Positions 9,745-19,360 of a stretch of 64,000 nt of DNA are shown here, piece by piece; the first letter of the stretch is position 1; each line of letters opens with the position of its first letter. Source of the stretch: Candidatus Hydrothermia bacterium (GTDB taxonomy: Bacteria > Hydrothermota > Hydrothermia > UBA1063); the NCBI GenBank assembly GCA_049719805.1, contig JBNARF010000002.1:275495-339494 (forward strand), written 5' to 3'. The notes beneath the pieces were generated by a model that had not been told where the DNA came from, ran no database searches, and saw only the letters and a program-made list of their open reading frames with translations. The translations under genes and the position numbers were made by a program.

Positions 9745-11441
9745 TCAGGAAGTTTATCGGGTTTTAACACCCACACCTCCATAGATGTTGGTAGTTCCTC
9801 TATGGTTATACGGGATTCCAGTAACTTTACTGGACATTTTGCGAGGCTTGTAAAGGCATCGACTTCTGCAAGGGGGAGGTCACAGGCATCGGTTTTGAAT
9901 CTCATGGGAATAACCACCAGAGGATCCAGCTGATAAACTACCTCCCATGCATCTTTTATGGGGAGAGTGTCATATCCACCCACTGGAATCATCAAAATAT
10001 CCACAGGTCTTCCTATCTCTCGAATCTGTTCCTTGGTTAGTATATGACCTAATGCACCAAGATGTGTAATCCTCACACCGGAAATTTCGATATTGAACAC
10101 CATGTTAGAACCTCTTACATTGCCTTCAGCGTTGTCGTGGAAAGTATGAATTCCCTTAAATCTGAGGAATGGAAACTCTGAGAAGACCTTTTCCCCTTCG
10201 ACTTCTACCAATTTAGGATTCCCTGGAATTTCTTTCCAGGCACCCTGGTCCATATGGGCATGGCTAACAGTAACGAAATCTGCTTCAATATCAATAGGTT
10301 TATATTTTATGGAATTATTAAGGGCCAGATGTTTGTAAGGGTCAGTAAGGATTTTAACTCCCCTAGATTCGATGACAAATGCGGCGTGCCCAAGATAGGT
10401 AATTGATATGGGAGTTTCTAGTTTTAAGGTTTTTCTCTCTGGTTTTTCAATTACTTCAACAGCTTCCTCAGTTTCTTTGTGTGGAATTGTAGAGGGAATA
10501 CTTTCTACATTTTGTGAGGGCGTTGTTTCAACTGCTGGCTCCTTTACTTCTATTTCTTCAACAACCCCCTCGTCTCTCGGGAAAAGATCGATGGTGGGTA
10601 TCTCAGGTTCTGGTGTTTCTGGTATTTTCTCTTCTTTCTCCATTACAGCGCTTGGTGATTCCGCGAGAATTTTGAGTTTTACTTCCAGTACCTCCAGGGC
10701 AGACTTAAGTTCTTCGATTTCTTTGAAGTATTTTTTCATTTCAAACCCCACCATTTCGGCTATTCTCTCTGAAAGAGGGGATTGTAACAGGAGCTCTTTT
10801 GAACTGGTTGCTACTATTTCTGAAATTTTGTCCTTCAGTTGATCCGTAATATATTCACTCTGGTTTTTAAGAAGTTCGAGTATTATCTTTTTGATTCCTT
10901 CTTCAGATTCGTAAAGAGCCTTTAACGTTTTTTCTATGTTTTTCTTTATATCTTTCTGGTTTTTGTCGAGGACTTCCTGGGATAACTTTTTTAGCTCTTC
11001 TTCAAAGATATGGGTTTCTTCTTCAATGAATCTTTTTATTCTCTCATCGAGGCTTTCTTTGATTTTTTCAGGATCTAATGCTTCTTTCACATGCTGGTCC
11101 AGTTGACTTTCGAATTCCTTGATGCGGGATTCAAAAGACGATATAAGATCGTTTTTTAACTTTTCGATTTCCTTTGAAATTTCATCGGTTTTTTCACTGA
11201 TTATCCGATCAACTTGCTTTCTTTGTTCTTCAATAGCGTTTCTTATAGATTCGTCAACGAGGTTCTTAATGTAATCCTCTGTTAATTTGTCGGAGTAACT
11301 TTTAACAGCTTCTTCGGCCCTGGACTTAGCTTGATTTAGGATGCCTTCTGTCTCTTCGAAGGCTTTCTGGAAGAGGCTTGATAAAGCCTCTTCCAGTTCC
11401 TTTGCTATTTTTTGCTTTAGTTCTTCCCAGTTAATTTCCAT
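9741..11441 (-). CDS. Fusion protein: N-terminal highly charged coiled-coil region (~330 aa) + C-terminal MBL-fold metallo-hydrolase domain
   Basis: 566 aa; E/K-rich heptad-like N-terminal region, Pro/Glu/Thr linker, then ITYLGHAAFVIE...SHAHMDQ metallo-beta-lactamase-fold motifs. Confidence 0.6.
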   Translation of the reverse strand: MEINWEELKQKIAKELEEALSSLFQKAFEETEGILNQAKSRAEEAVKSYSDKLTEDYIKNLVDESIRNAIEEQRKQVDRIISEKTDEISKEIEKLKNDLISSFESRIKEFESQLDQHVKEALDPEKIKESLDERIKRFIEEETHIFEEELKKLSQEVLDKNQKDIKKNIEKTLKALYESEEGIKKIILELLKNQSEYITDQLKDKISEIVATSSKELLLQSPLSERIAEMVGFEMKKYFKEIEELKSALEVLEVKLKILAESPSAVMEKEEKIPETPEPEIPTIDLFPRDEGVVEEIEVKEPAVETTPSQNVESIPSTIPHKETEEAVEVIEKPERKTLKLETPISITYLGHAAFVIESRGVKILTDPYKHLALNNSIKYKPIDIEADFVTVSHAHMDQGAWKEIPGNPKLVEVEGEKVFSEFPFLRFKGIHTFHDNAEGNVRGSNMVFNIEISGVRITHLGALGHILTKEQIREIGRPVDILMIPVGGYDTLPIKDAWEVVYQLDPLVVIPMRFKTDACDLPLAEVDAFTSLAKCPVKLLESRITIEELPTSMEVWVLKPDKLPE

Positions 11442-11444
11442 TTT

Positions 11445-12770
11445 TTATTTCTCCATCTTCCTGAAAAACTCTGAAATAATGTCCTCTAAGTCTGGCTTTC
11501 CAATTTCCTGCAATTCATATTTCACTCTTACATATGGTTTGTTGATTTTTAGTATTTTTCCGAGATTTATTGGCGTTGCAACGATTACGAGGTCTGCAGG
11601 TACTGCATTTATGGTATCTTCCAGTTCTTTAAGCTGCTTAGGTGAATATCCCATGGCCGGCAGAATTACTTCAAGTTGGGTGTATTTTTCGTAGGTTTCC
11701 TTGATGGAACCCACTGCGTAAGGCCTTGGATCCACTATTTCGGATGCGCCGTACTTCTCTGCAGCCACATAACCAGCACCATAAGCCATTTCACCGTGGG
11801 TCAATGTGGGTCCATCTTCGATTACCAGGACTCTTTTGCCTTTTATTTTTTCGTGGTCTTCCACAAATATAGGAGATGCCGCTTCTATTATGGTGGCGTG
11901 TTTGTTAGCGGATCTGGCATTCTCTCTGACTACCTGGATGTCTTCAGGATATGCTGTTTCTACCTTATTGATAATAATAACGTTGGCCATTCTTAGGTTT
12001 GTTTCACCTGGATGATATGTCACCTCATGTCCTGGCCTATGAGGGTCTGCTACTACAATATGTAGATCGGGTTTAAAGAACGGGAAGTCATTGTTTCCAC
12101 CGTCCCACAAAATTACATCAGCTTCCTGCTCTGCCTGTCTTAATATTTTCTCGTAATCAACCCCTGCGTAGACCACGTTGCCACGGTCAATGTGGGGTTC
12201 GTACTCTTCTCTTTCTTCAATGGTGCAGTTGTGTTTGTCCAGGTCTTCATGGGAAGCAAACCTCTGAACCACTTGCTTTGTAAGGTCGCCATAAGGCATA
12301 GGATGCCTGATTACCACGGTCTTTTTACCAAGTTTTTTCAGGATCTCTGCTACCTTTCTGGTAGTTTGACTTTTACCAGAGCCAGTTCTGACAGCGCAGA
12401 CAGATATTACAGGTTTTGAGGATTTGAGCATAGTGTGATCGGGACCCAGGAGCATGAAGCTGGCTCCAGCTGCCATGGCTCTTGATGCCCTATTCATTAC
12501 ATACTCATGGGAAACATCTGAATATGCAAAAACTACAAAATCAATTTTATGCTTTTTTATGAGCTCTTCGAGCTCATCCTCATGATATATGGGTATTCCG
12601 TCAGGATATAGCTTTCCTGCAAGCTCAGCAGGATATTTACGGCCAGCTATGTCCGGTATCTGTGTCGCGGTGAAGGCAACGACTTCATATTCTTCGTTAT
12701 CCCTAAAAAATACGTTGAAATTATGAAAATCTCTTCCGGCAGCCCCCATTATCAAAACTTTTTTCCTCAT
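11445..12770 (-). CDS. P-loop NTPase with N-terminal Rossmann-like domain; tentatively cyclic 2,3-diphosphoglycerate synthetase-like family (uncertain)
   Basis: 441 aa; N-terminal VLIMGAAGRDFHNF, internal MobB-like Walker A (CAVRTGSGKSQTT) followed by VVIRHP; family assignment from memory only. Confidence 0.3.
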   Translation of the reverse strand: MRKKVLIMGAAGRDFHNFNVFFRDNEEYEVVAFTATQIPDIAGRKYPAELAGKLYPDGIPIYHEDELEELIKKHKIDFVVFAYSDVSHEYVMNRASRAMAAGASFMLLGPDHTMLKSSKPVISVCAVRTGSGKSQTTRKVAEILKKLGKKTVVIRHPMPYGDLTKQVVQRFASHEDLDKHNCTIEEREEYEPHIDRGNVVYAGVDYEKILRQAEQEADVILWDGGNNDFPFFKPDLHIVVADPHRPGHEVTYHPGETNLRMANVIIINKVETAYPEDIQVVRENARSANKHATIIEAASPIFVEDHEKIKGKRVLVIEDGPTLTHGEMAYGAGYVAAEKYGASEIVDPRPYAVGSIKETYEKYTQLEVILPAMGYSPKQLKELEDTINAVPADLVIVATPINLGKILKINKPYVRVKYELQEIGKPDLEDIISEFFRKMEK

Positions 12771-12785
12771 TTAAATACCTCCTTT

Positions 12786-14105
12786 TTAGATTTTCTTCAG
12801 GACTTCCCTGAAGATTTCCAGAGCTGTGTCAATTTCCTCTTTCTTGATGGTAAGTGCCGGACACCACCTGACGGTATTTGGTCCTGCACCCAAAAGTAGT
12901 AGCCCCCTGTAAAAACATTCATCAACAATTTTGTTTCTCAACTTTGGATCTGGCGTTTTTGAAGTTTTGTCTTTAACAATTTCAACACCTATCATAAGTC
13001 CTAAACCTCGAACATCACCAATGAATTCAAACTCGTCTTTTAGTTTCATTAGTTCTCCCTTCAAGTAGCTTCCCATATTTCTTGCATTTTCAATGAGTTC
13101 TTTTTCGAGGAGTTCAATGGTTTTTAGTGCCGCAACGCAGGAAACCGGGTTCCCACCAAAGGTGCTAGCATGGGTTCCTGACTCCCAATCCATAAGTGAT
13201 TTCCTTGCAATGGTAGCACCCAGAGGAAATCCTGAGGCTATTCCTTTCGCTACCGTTACAATATCGGGTATAACGTCAAAATGCTCAATAGCAAACATTT
13301 TCCCAGTCCTCCCCATTCCTGCCTGTACTTCGTCATCAATGAGAAGGATATCATATTTCTCCGCAAGCTTTTTAAGTTTCGGGAAGAAATCCATAGGTGG
13401 GACAACGTAACCACCTTCACCCTGTACAGGTTCAAAAATGAAGGCTGCCACCTCTTCAGGAGGTGCTATTGTAGTAAAAATGTAATTTTCAATATAACTA
13501 ATTATTGCATCACTAAGTTTATCGGGCTCGACCCCCATGAAGGGTCTGTATGGATTAGGATAAGGTACATGAACAACATGAGGAACTAAGGGACTAAAGT
13601 ATCTTCTATGAATGGCCTTTGAGGCCGAAACGCTCATAGTACCAAAGGTTCTGCCATGAAAGGCCCCTAAGAATGCTATGAAGATTGGCCTTTTTGTTTT
13701 GAATCTGGCGAGTTTTAAAGCGGCTTCGTTGGCTTCTGCACCGGAGTTTGAGAAAAATACTCTTTTGTTTTTGGAACCTGGTGCGATTTCAGCTAGCTTT
13801 TCTGCCAGTTCTATCTGATACGGATAGTAAAAATCTGTCCCCGACATATGAATGAGTTTTGTAACCTGTTCCTGAACCACTTTTACGATCTCTGGATGGC
13901 AGTGCCCTGTGGTAAGAACTGCAATTCCTGCAGCCATATCAAGAAATTTGTTCCCATCGACGTCGTAAACCCAGACTCCTTCTCCACGTTCAATCACTGC
14001 AGGGTATGTCCTGGTATAAGATGGAGAAATGTATTCTTCATCTCGTTTTAAAAATTCTTTTGCTTTTGGACCTGGAAGGGACGTTCTAATTTCCGGTTTT
14101 AACAT
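12786..14105 (-). CDS. Class III (PLP-dependent) aminotransferase, GabT/ArgD-like
   Basis: 439 aa; fold-type I class III features (LIDDEVQAGMGRTGKMFA with PLP lysine region TVAKGIASGFPLG). Confidence 0.8.
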   Translation of the reverse strand: MLKPEIRTSLPGPKAKEFLKRDEEYISPSYTRTYPAVIERGEGVWVYDVDGNKFLDMAAGIAVLTTGHCHPEIVKVVQEQVTKLIHMSGTDFYYPYQIELAEKLAEIAPGSKNKRVFFSNSGAEANEAALKLARFKTKRPIFIAFLGAFHGRTFGTMSVSASKAIHRRYFSPLVPHVVHVPYPNPYRPFMGVEPDKLSDAIISYIENYIFTTIAPPEEVAAFIFEPVQGEGGYVVPPMDFFPKLKKLAEKYDILLIDDEVQAGMGRTGKMFAIEHFDVIPDIVTVAKGIASGFPLGATIARKSLMDWESGTHASTFGGNPVSCVAALKTIELLEKELIENARNMGSYLKGELMKLKDEFEFIGDVRGLGLMIGVEIVKDKTSKTPDPKLRNKIVDECFYRGLLLLGAGPNTVRWCPALTIKKEEIDTALEIFREVLKKI

Positions 14106-14131
14106 CCTAAATCCTCCTTTTTTCTTAAGTG

Positions 14132-14160
14132 ATTATAAATCAGCAAGTTTGAATAGTCAA
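14132..14160 (-). promoter_or_regulatory. Putative sigma70-type promoter for the minus-strand aminotransferase operon
   Basis: On the minus strand: -35 TTGACT (complement of 14155..14160), 17-nt spacer, -10 TATAAT (complement of 14132..14137), ~25 nt upstream of GGAGGA RBS and ATG at 14105. Confidence 0.5.
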
Positions 14161-14177
14161 AGCTAAATCTTTATTAT
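14149..14177 (+). promoter_or_regulatory. Putative sigma70-type promoter for the plus-strand YfhO-like gene
   Basis: -35 TTGAAT (14149..14154), 17-nt spacer, -10 TATTAT (14172..14177); AGGAGG RBS at 14186..14191; leader would be very short. Confidence 0.3.
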
Positions 14178-14195
14178 ATTAAGCCAGGAGGAAAT

Positions 14196-16634
14196 ATGGG
14201 AAATGATAAAAAAGTTGTGAAAAAACCCCAAAAAGAAGCAAGCATCAAAACGTTAATGTTGAAGCCATATATTGTTTTTTTAGTTTATCTGGTGCTAACT
14301 CTGTTTGTTCTTGGGCCCTTTCTGTCCCCCTCTAAGAACCTTATGGGTACAGATTGGTTTAATGGAGGATATGCTAATTGGGCCTTTATGCGCGACTACA
14401 TCAAGGAAAATGGCAGGCTTGCACTCTGGAACATTTATATTTTTTCGGGTATGCCTACCATCGGGGCATTTTTCCCCGAAATTTTGACTCTCAGATTTTT
14501 GAGCACCTTTTTGATTCCCATTCACGCGGCACACGCTCTCGGGTTTATTCTTCTCTTACTGGTTGCGAGTCTTTCCATGTATTTTCTCCTTGTTGAGCTC
14601 TACGGTGAAAATTTAAGTGCTTTTCTTGGTGGCCTTTTTTATGGTTTTTCTGCAGTTCTTGTCTCTACTGCCTATGCCGGGCACCTGGGGAGGCTTACCA
14701 GCATGGCTCTATTCCCCCTCTACGTGGGGCTTTTAAAGAAGGGCATAGATTCAGGAAAACTCAAATGGTTCATTTTAATGGGAGCCTCGGTAGGCATCTC
14801 CTTTCTCAACGGTCATCCACAGATGTCCTATTACGGCGTCCTGTTTTTAGTTGCGTTTTTCATATTTTATAACCTCAACGTGGGTAATAATCTCAAATCT
14901 CAAAAATTTTATAAATATCTCGCATTTTCAATAATTGGTGCTGTGGTAGCGGTTTTGATTTATAGCTTTTATCTTCTCCCTGTTTTTGAAAATTTACCAT
15001 ATACAGCAAGGGGGGCAGAAAGGGGTTATGAATATGCTGTTAGCTGGTCTATGCCTCCTGAAGAGATTTTAAATCTTCTAACACCCAGGTTTTCTGGAAT
15101 ACTAGATGAATACTGGGGCAGGAGTTATTTTAAGTTACATTCAGAATACATGGGGATTATAACTCTTGTGCTTGCACTTTTAAGTATTGTCTATAAGTTT
15201 AAAAATGACAGGCTGGTAAGGTTTTTGACCATATATAGTATTTTTGTGCTTCTTTACGTTTTTGGAGGATACACCCCCTTTTTCAAAGTGTACTATTACA
15301 TTCTTCCCATGGTCAAAAAGTTCAGGGCTCCTAATTTAATGTTTTTTGTGTTTAACTTTATAAACGTGCTCCTTGCCGTCTCCCTTTTAAGGGATGCAAT
15401 AAAAGGCGACCTTGATTTAAAGCGATTTAAAAGAAGCGTCCTTTACGTTCTTGGGTCTTTAGTGGGGCTTTTCCTCATTTTTGTGATTTTTAAAAGTGGA
15501 TTCATAAATCTTTTCTCGGGTCTTTTGAAACGTGCAAAAGAGGTAACAAACCCCCAGGGTAGAATGTACCTTCTTGAGGATAATTACAACAGTTTCATTT
15601 CTATGTTCTTTGTCTCTTTAATCTTTGGTAGTGTTGGAGTTCTCCTTACTTATTTTATACTTACTAAAAAAGAAGCCCGTTTGACATTGATTTCCCTGGC
15701 TCTCGTATCATTTTTAGATCTCTACCTCGTAGATAAAAATTTCGTTGTGGATGCAGGAAAATCGGTGGATGAAATGTACGGCTCTGATGAAATCATTAAT
15801 GAAATCAAAAAAGATAGTGGTTTATTTAGAGTTTTTCCTCTCATGTATCCAAGGGCGAATGATGGGACTTTAATGATCCACAGAATTCAGTCCATAGGCG
15901 GATATACCAGTTCACCTCCCAGAAGATATCAGGAATTTATAGGTGCTGGAGAAAGTGTGATGTTTAATCCCCAGAATCTTTTAGAGAAACCCTCTTTACT
16001 TAACCTTCTTGATGTAAAATACGTTATTGCTTACAATTTTGATGCCATTGACACCACCAGGTTTGACGAAAATACGAGAGCTGTTGTAAGAAAATGGAAA
16101 GAGTATTTATCTTATTTTGAGCTGTGGAAACCTCTCGGGCAGTTTGCATTGTATAAAAACAACAATAACTTTGGTCGTGTCTTCTTTGTAAATCATTACA
16201 AAGTGGTGAAAGACCCGAAAGAGGCTCTGGATCATGTTATTTCACTCCCCGTTGATTCCCTGAGAAAGATGGTGATTTTGGAAAAAGATCCAGGTGTTCT
16301 TGATTCTTTAAAATATGACTCCCTGGAAAACAATGTAAATATAGAAGTTGAGAAATATGATGCTAATGAAATTATTTTACACGTAAACCTGCCAGGCCCT
16401 GGTTTTCTTGTATTTTCAGAGAATTATCATCCTGCCTGGAAATGCTATGTAGATGGCAAAATGACAGAGGTTCTCGTTGCCAATTATGCTTTCAGGGCAT
16501 GTTATTTACCGGAAGGGTCTCATGTTGTAAAGATGAAGTTTGATTCCGTTTATCATAAGATGGGATTTATTCTCTGCTTTTTAGGCTTTCTAGTTTCGGC
16601 TACAGCCCTGGCCTTTGTTTTCAAGAAAGAATGA
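14196..16634 (+). CDS. Large polytopic membrane protein, YfhO-like (putative membrane glycosyltransferase)
   Basis: 812 aa; many N-terminal TM helices, large central soluble domain, single C-terminal TM helix (GFILCFLGFLVSATALAFVF), matching YfhO-type topology. Confidence 0.4.
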   Translation: MGNDKKVVKKPQKEASIKTLMLKPYIVFLVYLVLTLFVLGPFLSPSKNLMGTDWFNGGYANWAFMRDYIKENGRLALWNIYIFSGMPTIGAFFPEILTLRFLSTFLIPIHAAHALGFILLLLVASLSMYFLLVELYGENLSAFLGGLFYGFSAVLVSTAYAGHLGRLTSMALFPLYVGLLKKGIDSGKLKWFILMGASVGISFLNGHPQMSYYGVLFLVAFFIFYNLNVGNNLKSQKFYKYLAFSIIGAVVAVLIYSFYLLPVFENLPYTARGAERGYEYAVSWSMPPEEILNLLTPRFSGILDEYWGRSYFKLHSEYMGIITLVLALLSIVYKFKNDRLVRFLTIYSIFVLLYVFGGYTPFFKVYYYILPMVKKFRAPNLMFFVFNFINVLLAVSLLRDAIKGDLDLKRFKRSVLYVLGSLVGLFLIFVIFKSGFINLFSGLLKRAKEVTNPQGRMYLLEDNYNSFISMFFVSLIFGSVGVLLTYFILTKKEARLTLISLALVSFLDLYLVDKNFVVDAGKSVDEMYGSDEIINEIKKDSGLFRVFPLMYPRANDGTLMIHRIQSIGGYTSSPPRRYQEFIGAGESVMFNPQNLLEKPSLLNLLDVKYVIAYNFDAIDTTRFDENTRAVVRKWKEYLSYFELWKPLGQFALYKNNNNFGRVFFVNHYKVVKDPKEALDHVISLPVDSLRKMVILEKDPGVLDSLKYDSLENNVNIEVEKYDANEIILHVNLPGPGFLVFSENYHPAWKCYVDGKMTEVLVANYAFRACYLPEGSHVVKMKFDSVYHKMGFILCFLGFLVSATALAFVFKKE

Positions 16635-17548
16635 AAAAGACCCTGTCAGTATTTTTTAAGGCTTTACAGATAGTTCTCGTCTTAGCCCTTCTTATCTACG
16701 TCCTTCTTCCTCTTTTTAGAAATGCAGGTGCGTTTAAAAATACGCTTTTAACCCTTAAACCCGTCCCTTTTTTCTTTGGAGTTATTATTCTATGTCTTGT
16801 TATTTTATGTTATCCTTTTATCTGGCGAAGCATCCTTAAAAGTCTTGGTTTTGAAATTGATTCAAGAACTTCATTGACATCATGGATTTACTCAAACATA
16901 GGTAAGTACATTCCGGGAAAAATATGGCAGTTTGTGGGAAGGTCCGCTCTAACAAAAGAGGTGAGACCAGAAATTACCTTGTTTACTGTTTTCCTCGAAG
17001 TAGCTATTTCCTTTTCTGCCGCGATTATGGTTTTTTTTCTCAGATTTTTAATAGTAAAAAACCTTCCCGTACTCTGGCTTTTGTACGCTACAACGCTGTT
17101 TTTGTTACTAATTGGAATTCAGCACCCGAAAATAATTCAGTTTTGTTTACGGCTCCTATATAAAATAAGAAAACAGGATGAAAATTTTGCCAACTATTCA
17201 TTGTCTCTGAAAAATAACATGATACTTTTTGGTGTTTATTTTGTTCTCTGGATTCTTACCGGATTCTCCTTTTGGGTCATGGTACAGGGCTCGGAAATAA
17301 AGGTCAGCCTCGTGGATGCTGTAACCACATACCCTATTTCCTGGATTTTAGGTTATTTATTTTTAATTGCACCAGCGGGACTCGGTGTAAGAGAAAGTAT
17401 TCTAATGACTTTGCTTAAGGGATATTATCCAGATCATGTGGCATCGGCCTTTTCGATAATTACAAGAATTGCTCTTGTAATTTCGGATTTTTTTCTGTTT
17501 TTTGTGGTTTGGTTATTTAACAATTTTTTATGCAAAAGGGAACGATAG
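16631..17548 (+). CDS. Polytopic membrane protein, flippase-like (lysylphosphatidylglycerol-synthase TM-region-like)
   Basis: 305 aa, ~8 TM helices; 4-nt overlap with upstream YfhO-like gene. Confidence 0.35.
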   Translation: MKKTLSVFFKALQIVLVLALLIYVLLPLFRNAGAFKNTLLTLKPVPFFFGVIILCLVILCYPFIWRSILKSLGFEIDSRTSLTSWIYSNIGKYIPGKIWQFVGRSALTKEVRPEITLFTVFLEVAISFSAAIMVFFLRFLIVKNLPVLWLLYATTLFLLLIGIQHPKIIQFCLRLLYKIRKQDENFANYSLSLKNNMILFGVYFVLWILTGFSFWVMVQGSEIKVSLVDAVTTYPISWILGYLFLIAPAGLGVRESILMTLLKGYYPDHVASAFSIITRIALVISDFFLFFVVWLFNNFLCKRER

Positions 17549-18207
17549 AGAAGTTATTTGATGTTCTTTTCGAGCATTTTGGGCCTCAAAACTGGTGGCC
17601 CGGTGATTCACCCCTTGAAATAATTGTGGGAGCAGTTCTCATGCAGAATACTGCTTGGAAAAATGTTGAAAAAGCGATAACAAACTTGAAAGAAAAGGGT
17701 CTTTTAGATGTTGAAAAAATACTGGGGATTGAGGATTCTTACCTTGCTGAAATTATAAAACCCAGTGGGTTCTATAATCTTAAGGCGAAAAGGTTGAAAT
17801 CGGTGCTTAAGTTTGTAAAAAATAATCGCGGGATTGAGGTGATTTCAGGGAAAGAAAAACACGAATTACGAAGTGAGCTCCTTAAAATTCCGGGAGTGGG
17901 AAAAGAAACAGCGGATTCTATAATACTTTACGCTTTGGGTAAGCCTATTTTTGTAGTGGATGCTTATACCCGCAGGATCTTAAAGAGAATTGGTATAATA
18001 GATGACGAAAATATGAGCTACGACGAAATTCAAAAACTATTTCACGAAAACCTTCCTAATGATGAGAAACTTTTTAACGAGTTTCACGCGTTATTTGTGG
18101 CCCTCGGGAAAAAGTATTGTTTAAAGAGAAATCCGTTATGTAACCTCTGCCCTGTCAAAAGTTATTGTAAATATGGGAGGGAATTTAGTGGTTCGAACGG
18201 GAATTGA
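17530..18207 (+). CDS. HhH-GPD base-excision DNA glycosylase (endonuclease III-related) with [4Fe-4S] cluster loop
   Basis: 225 aa; VLMQNTAWKNVEKAI region, helix-hairpin-helix (LLKIPGVGKETADSIILYA), C-terminal C-x6-C-x2-C-x5-C (CLKRNPLCNLCPVKSYC). Confidence 0.7.
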   Translation: MQKGTIEKLFDVLFEHFGPQNWWPGDSPLEIIVGAVLMQNTAWKNVEKAITNLKEKGLLDVEKILGIEDSYLAEIIKPSGFYNLKAKRLKSVLKFVKNNRGIEVISGKEKHELRSELLKIPGVGKETADSIILYALGKPIFVVDAYTRRILKRIGIIDDENMSYDEIQKLFHENLPNDEKLFNEFHALFVALGKKYCLKRNPLCNLCPVKSYCKYGREFSGSNGN

Positions 18208-19360
18208 TAACATTAATAGATTTTGGCCAAAAGCGCTGAAAAGAGCTAGGATTGGCCTTCTGGCTCATTCCGCTTCGGTTAGCAGTAACTTGAAGTATTC
18301 ATGGGATGTATTGAGGGATGAAAACCTGGCAGAACTGGTGGCAATTTTTGGACCACAACATGGACTTTTTGGTGAGACCCAGGCCAATATGGTGGAGTGG
18401 GAAGGTTATAAGGATCCTGTTACAGGCTTGTACATTTACAGTCTTTACGGAAAAAACAGAAAGCCGACAAAGGAAATGCTTGAAGGAATTGATGGCATAG
18501 TTATTGATCTTCAAGATGTGGGTTCTCGCTACTATACCTACATATGGACCATGTACTTGGTTATGGAAGCTTGCCTTGAGAATAAGAAGTTTGTTGTGGT
18601 TCTTGATAGACCCAATCCAATTAGTGGCATTTCCGTTGAGGGGCCTGTCTTAAAGGAGGAATATTCTTCCTTTGTGGGTCTAAAACCCCTTCCTATAAGG
18701 CACGGAATGACCATAGGAGAAATAGCATTATACTTTAAAGAGACTTTTCTTAAAGATCTTGAACTTCATGTTATAAGAATGACGGGATGGAAGCGTGGCT
18801 TTTTCTGGTCAGATACAGGATTGGAATGGGTAAATCCTTCACCCAATATGCCTTCCGAGAAAACTGCTCTTCTATATCCCGGTATGTGCCTTCTTGAGGG
18901 CACTAATTTAAGTGAAGGAAGGGGCACTACAAGACCCTTCGAAATTTTTGGTGCACCTTTTATAGACCCCTTTAAACTTAGCGAAAAATTGAATTCCCTT
19001 AAATTAGATGGAGTTTTCTTTAGACCCCTTTACTTCATCCCGAGTTTTGACAAATTTAAAGGCGAGAGATGTGGTGGCATACAGATTCATATTCTGGATA
19101 AGAGAAAAATAAAACCCTTTAAGGTCGGAGTTGCAGTACTTATGACCGTTATGAGTATGTATCCTGAAGGTTTCAGTTGGTCTTCCGGTCCATATGAATA
19201 TGAGTTTGAAAAGAAACCGATAGACATTCTTGCGGGGACAAGTCGTTTAAGGGAAGCACTGGAAAGGGGAGAGCCTCTGAAAAAACTGGAAGAGTGGTGG
19301 AATCAAGAATCAAAGGAATTTGATGAGCGGGTAAGAAAAAAGTATCTTCTTTATGAGTGA
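18173..19360 (+). CDS. DUF1343-family protein (NamZ-like exo-beta-N-acetylmuramidase)
   Basis: 395 aa; DUF1343 signatures (GLLAHSASV, FGPQHG, DRPNP); start may be an internal Met since the ORF overlaps the upstream gene. Confidence 0.65.
   Translation: MGGNLVVRTGIDNINRFWPKALKRARIGLLAHSASVSSNLKYSWDVLRDENLAELVAIFGPQHGLFGETQANMVEWEGYKDPVTGLYIYSLYGKNRKPTKEMLEGIDGIVIDLQDVGSRYYTYIWTMYLVMEACLENKKFVVVLDRPNPISGISVEGPVLKEEYSSFVGLKPLPIRHGMTIGEIALYFKETFLKDLELHVIRMTGWKRGFFWSDTGLEWVNPSPNMPSEKTALLYPGMCLLEGTNLSEGRGTTRPFEIFGAPFIDPFKLSEKLNSLKLDGVFFRPLYFIPSFDKFKGERCGGIQIHILDKRKIKPFKVGVAVLMTVMSMYPEGFSWSSGPYEYEFEKKPIDILAGTSRLREALERGEPLKKLEEWWNQESKEFDERVRKKYLLYE

Noticed and set aside
10408-11694. Plus-strand ORFs (144 and 117 aa) with Ser-rich translations
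   Set aside because: Antisense to the E/K-rich coiled-coil region of the MBL fusion gene and the start of the P-loop gene; composition-driven artefacts
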